NCBI GenBank assembly: GCA_963675755.2
Contig: CAXXMD010000002.1
Location: 2,080,001-2,144,000 of the forward strand
Length of the DNA stretch: 64,000 nt
Direction of reading: 5' to 3'
Origin: a bacterium
Lineage (GTDB): Bacteria > Zhuqueibacterota > Zhuqueibacteria > Residuimicrobiales > Krinioviventaceae
The position numbers were made by a program, and so were the translations under genes. Of the stretch, positions 61,039-64,000 are shown one piece after another. Position 1 is the first letter of the stretch, and every line of letters begins with the position of its first letter. The notes below the pieces were generated by a model that did not search any database, was not told the origin of the DNA, and saw only the letters and a list, made by a program, of their open reading frames with translations.

Positions 61039-64000
61039 TTACCTGATTATAGCAAGTTTCCCTAAAACATCCTGATCATCATTTTTAACTCTGTAAATAT
61101 AGATCCCCGAGGCTACAGAATTCCCCGCTTCATCACACAAATCCCAATCTGTTCCCCCGTTTCCGTCGGTTTCTTCCAAAGTACGTACATGCAAACCATG
61201 TTCTGTCATTATACGAATTTCAGCGGTTTTTGTCAAGTTCCCAAAGGTGATTTTATCTGTTCCCAATCCGGGTCGATAAGGATTAGGAAACGCAATAACA
61301 TTTGACAGATCAGTTCGGTTAAATAATAAGGTTAACACATCCCCACGCCCTGCCTCTATAGGTATACCGGTTTGACTGGCTACATTTTCCACCCTAACCG
61401 TATAACTGCTTCCAAGCGCACCAAATGCCACATCCGTTTCCAGAACCAATGTTACATAAAGATCATCATGCAATTCTGCAGAAACGACCTGAATATCCTC
61501 TCCCATATCATAATTTTCAGCAATTTCTACAGATGGCCCCATGGCTTCGCTATAATACAATTCAAGCGCATGGTTCCCCTTAAGAATTCCACCGGCAAGA
61601 TAAGGAGCAGTTGGGGTATAGCTTATGGAAACGGTTGCGCTATTTCGCAATGTATCGAGCGGGGTGCGGTCAGCATCTGCAATATCATTACAAGTAACAA
61701 TATAGGTTCCAATCTCCATGGGTTCTTTCCACGACAATAAAACCTGCTGTCCGGATGCGTCAATAGCCGCAGAGGAAGGCCTGCCATAACCGTTAGATAA
61801 CGTGTAATGTGATGCATTTTTCACATCATCGCCCATGGGTTCGCTGAAATACAAACGAATGGATTGGTTAGATTCTGCCAAAGCGGATTCCAGAAAAGGT
61901 TTTGCACCGGAACGCGCAGATACCAGCATTGACAATCCACTGGTTTGCGCGGGCAGATCATTTGAAACGGATATCAAGGCATACCAATACAGAGAATCCG
62001 TCTTTACAGATGTGTCCATATATTTATTTTCAGTGACCAATGCAAGAGGAAAAAGCTCAAATGGAGTTGTTCCCCTATATACCTGGTAAGCTGCTGCGCC
62101 ATCCACGTTTCGCCAGTTTAACGCAATCTGGTTCTCATTTAATGGAGTTGCACTGACGCCAACGGGTATTGCGGGCCCAGTCAAATCGCCAACCAAATTA
62201 AAGGAGCGGGTATATTCACCCGTACCGGCAAAAAACTCGGTACGGCCATCCTTGTCCGCATCCGTAACAATACAACTATTGCTAAGGGCTGTCTGGTAAT
62301 GGTAATCAATCACATAACCTGCATCAGTCTGGTATTCTACAATATATAAATCCGGGAACAGTGTCAGAATAATCTCATCGTCACCGTCATTGTTCAGGTC
62401 ACCACAGCTAACACCTGATGGAAAATCACGTACCGATTCAAACCCAAAAAAACGCCATTCGGCAGTGCGTTCATATTGATTATTTCCGATTTTATCATAC
62501 ACAGCAAAGTACCAATGCCGTGCGTCATAAAAATGTTCTGTATTCAAATTGGGATCAGAATGGCATCCCGCTATAAACTCGTCTTCTCCATCACCATCAA
62601 AGTCCCCGGCACGGATAAAATCAATGCTGTCCATCAAGGGCAGCGAATCAAACCATACATTGCTGTAACTATCATCACCGGTATTTTCATAGATGTAAAT
62701 ATCACCATCATTGTCACCCATCAGAATATCGGTATATCCATCCGCATCAAAATCACCTGTTTCCACATGGGGAACGCCATTAATATTCTCTCCATCGGTC
62801 ACATTGTCCAATGCAGCAACAGAAACAAAATCAGTACCCTGCAACTCCCATATCTCAAAACGGTCTACCTCTGTGATTACATAACGTATAATCATCTCGG
62901 CTTTACCGTCCTGGTCCGCATCCGCGAAACGGCTGGCCCAATACTGTTCCGAACTGCTGCCCGTCAATTCTTTAAAAATTTGCACAGGAAAGCCACCCGG
63001 TTCTGCAGTTGTATAAATATAACTGGAAAATCCAAATCCGCACAACAGTTCCGGCACACCATCACCGGTAACATCGGCCATGTCCCGGGGTATAAGATTT
63101 CCATCAATTACCGCCGTTTCTGCAAGCTCTTCCCCATTATACTCCCAAAAATGAATCTCACCAATATTCCCCTGTTCATCGGCAGAGAACAAGAGCTCGG
63201 GCAATCCATTTTGATTATAATCAAACGTTTTGTTCAATAAATGACCATAGGGTAACAGCAGATTTACCGGAGAATAGTTTGTTACGCTTGTTGGATCTTT
63301 ATCCAGGTTCACACGGTAATATTGCCCGCCATTATCATCGATGGACTCTAATCCGACGCCATTCACAGCTTTGACATAAATTTCCAGATCAGCAGTTACC
63401 TCTGACTGTGATAAATGATAACGCAATTCACGTGTTCTATAGGCCATAGCTGCTTCTGTGAATCCGGCATCGCTTCCAAAAGGTCTGTAATAGACCGAAC
63501 CTTCACACAGATCGTCTGTGCTGAATTGGACCAATACGGAATGCAGATCACTGTCATACATGGGAATGATTTCCATATTGGAAATGACAGGAGCGGATTT
63601 GTCAACAAATATACGCGTATTAGACTCTACTTTTGATCCATCACGATTTTCAACCAGCAATCGAAGGGTATATTCTCCTTCAGTGCCAGGTAATGGGTCC
63701 CAACTGCCAAGGTAGCCATCCAGCACTCGCTTGTCTTCAATGCGTTCAATCAATGTCCATGAATCAGGATTTGTCCCTACACCGTATGACAAGCTATAGC
63801 TCTCAAGCATGGGACTCCAGGCAGAGCCGTAAATATCGATAAAATTTTCAGAAATGCCCTGATCCAGAGTCGGTTCATCAATTCGAACAATGGATGCCAA
63901 AAACGATTCTACAAGCGTCAAGACATTCAATCGCCCCGCCCGAAAATAGGTATCTGTTCCTTCAGTTCCCAAATCATCGGCAGAGCTCATCAACCTGCCT
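61039..64000 (-). CDS. Large secreted protein, probably an S8 peptidase (partial, 5' end outside window), with FG-GAP repeats, FN3/Ig-like domains and a CTD
   Basis: The frame is open to the window edge. SADDLG..G.D.YFRAGRLN resembles the end of an S8 domain. GDFDxDGxxD/E repeats are present, and the C-terminus reads FPNPY...WD...ASGIYIY...KLAIIR. Confidence 0.78.
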   Translation of the reverse strand, partial: GRLMSSADDLGTEGTDTYFRAGRLNVLTLVESFLASIVRIDEPTLDQGISENFIDIYGSAWSPMLESYSLSYGVGTNPDSWTLIERIEDKRVLDGYLGSWDPLPGTEGEYTLRLLVENRDGSKVESNTRIFVDKSAPVISNMEIIPMYDSDLHSVLVQFSTDDLCEGSVYYRPFGSDAGFTEAAMAYRTRELRYHLSQSEVTADLEIYVKAVNGVGLESIDDNGGQYYRVNLDKDPTSVTNYSPVNLLLPYGHLLNKTFDYNQNGLPELLFSADEQGNIGEIHFWEYNGEELAETAVIDGNLIPRDMADVTGDGVPELLCGFGFSSYIYTTAEPGGFPVQIFKELTGSSSEQYWASRFADADQDGKAEMIIRYVITEVDRFEIWELQGTDFVSVAALDNVTDGENINGVPHVETGDFDADGYTDILMGDNDGDIYIYENTGDDSYSNVWFDSLPLMDSIDFIRAGDFDGDGEDEFIAGCHSDPNLNTEHFYDARHWYFAVYDKIGNNQYERTAEWRFFGFESVRDFPSGVSCGDLNNDGDDEIILTLFPDLYIVEYQTDAGYVIDYHYQTALSNSCIVTDADKDGRTEFFAGTGEYTRSFNLVGDLTGPAIPVGVSATPLNENQIALNWRNVDGAAAYQVYRGTTPFELFPLALVTENKYMDTSVKTDSLYWYALISVSNDLPAQTSGLSMLVSARSGAKPFLESALAESNQSIRLYFSEPMGDDVKNASHYTLSNGYGRPSSAAIDASGQQVLLSWKEPMEIGTYIVTCNDIADADRTPLDTLRNSATVSISYTPTAPYLAGGILKGNHALELYYSEAMGPSVEIAENYDMGEDIQVVSAELHDDLYVTLVLETDVAFGALGSSYTVRVENVASQTGIPIEAGRGDVLTLLFNRTDLSNVIAFPNPYRPGLGTDKITFGNLTKTAEIRIMTEHGLHVRTLEETDGNGGTDWDLCDEAGNSVASGIYIYRVKNDDQDVLGKLAIIR

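Overview
This is a bacterial chromosome segment, most consistent with an FCB-group organism such as KSB1 or Calditrichota. That inference rests on the LpxC-FabZ fusion, a PorV-family gene, T9SS-like C-terminal domains and the uppS-tamB-bamA-skp-lpxD order. About 28-64 kb is an ordinary, tightly packed minus-strand housekeeping block: lolA, ftsK, comB, gcvT, rseP, dxr, lpxA/C/D, bamA, uppS, mtnA, waaA, panBC, tRNA-Thr, rnhB, comEC, coaE and a partial S8 protease. dxr and a lipoate ligase each carry a homopolymer frameshift. About 1-28 kb is accessory: two tandem BNR/sialidase-like lipoproteins, three GH78 paralogs, a GH28, a lactate permease, VapBC, AT-rich orphans and two secreted paralogs with constant ends and a variable middle. 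The most unusual signal is intergenic. Nearly every gap in the accessory half is a mosaic of small repeats that I did not see in the housekeeping half. These are a six-copy, co-oriented, two-hairpin element with covarying stems, a second family with a variable hairpin, 7-nt-period arrays abutting gene ends, and GTAG-type REP-like palindromes. Composite direct repeats built from these parts bracket cargo blocks of about 2 kb and about 8 kb. This suggests, but does not prove, a repeat-delimited gene-cassette system. No recombinase or transposase is present in the window.
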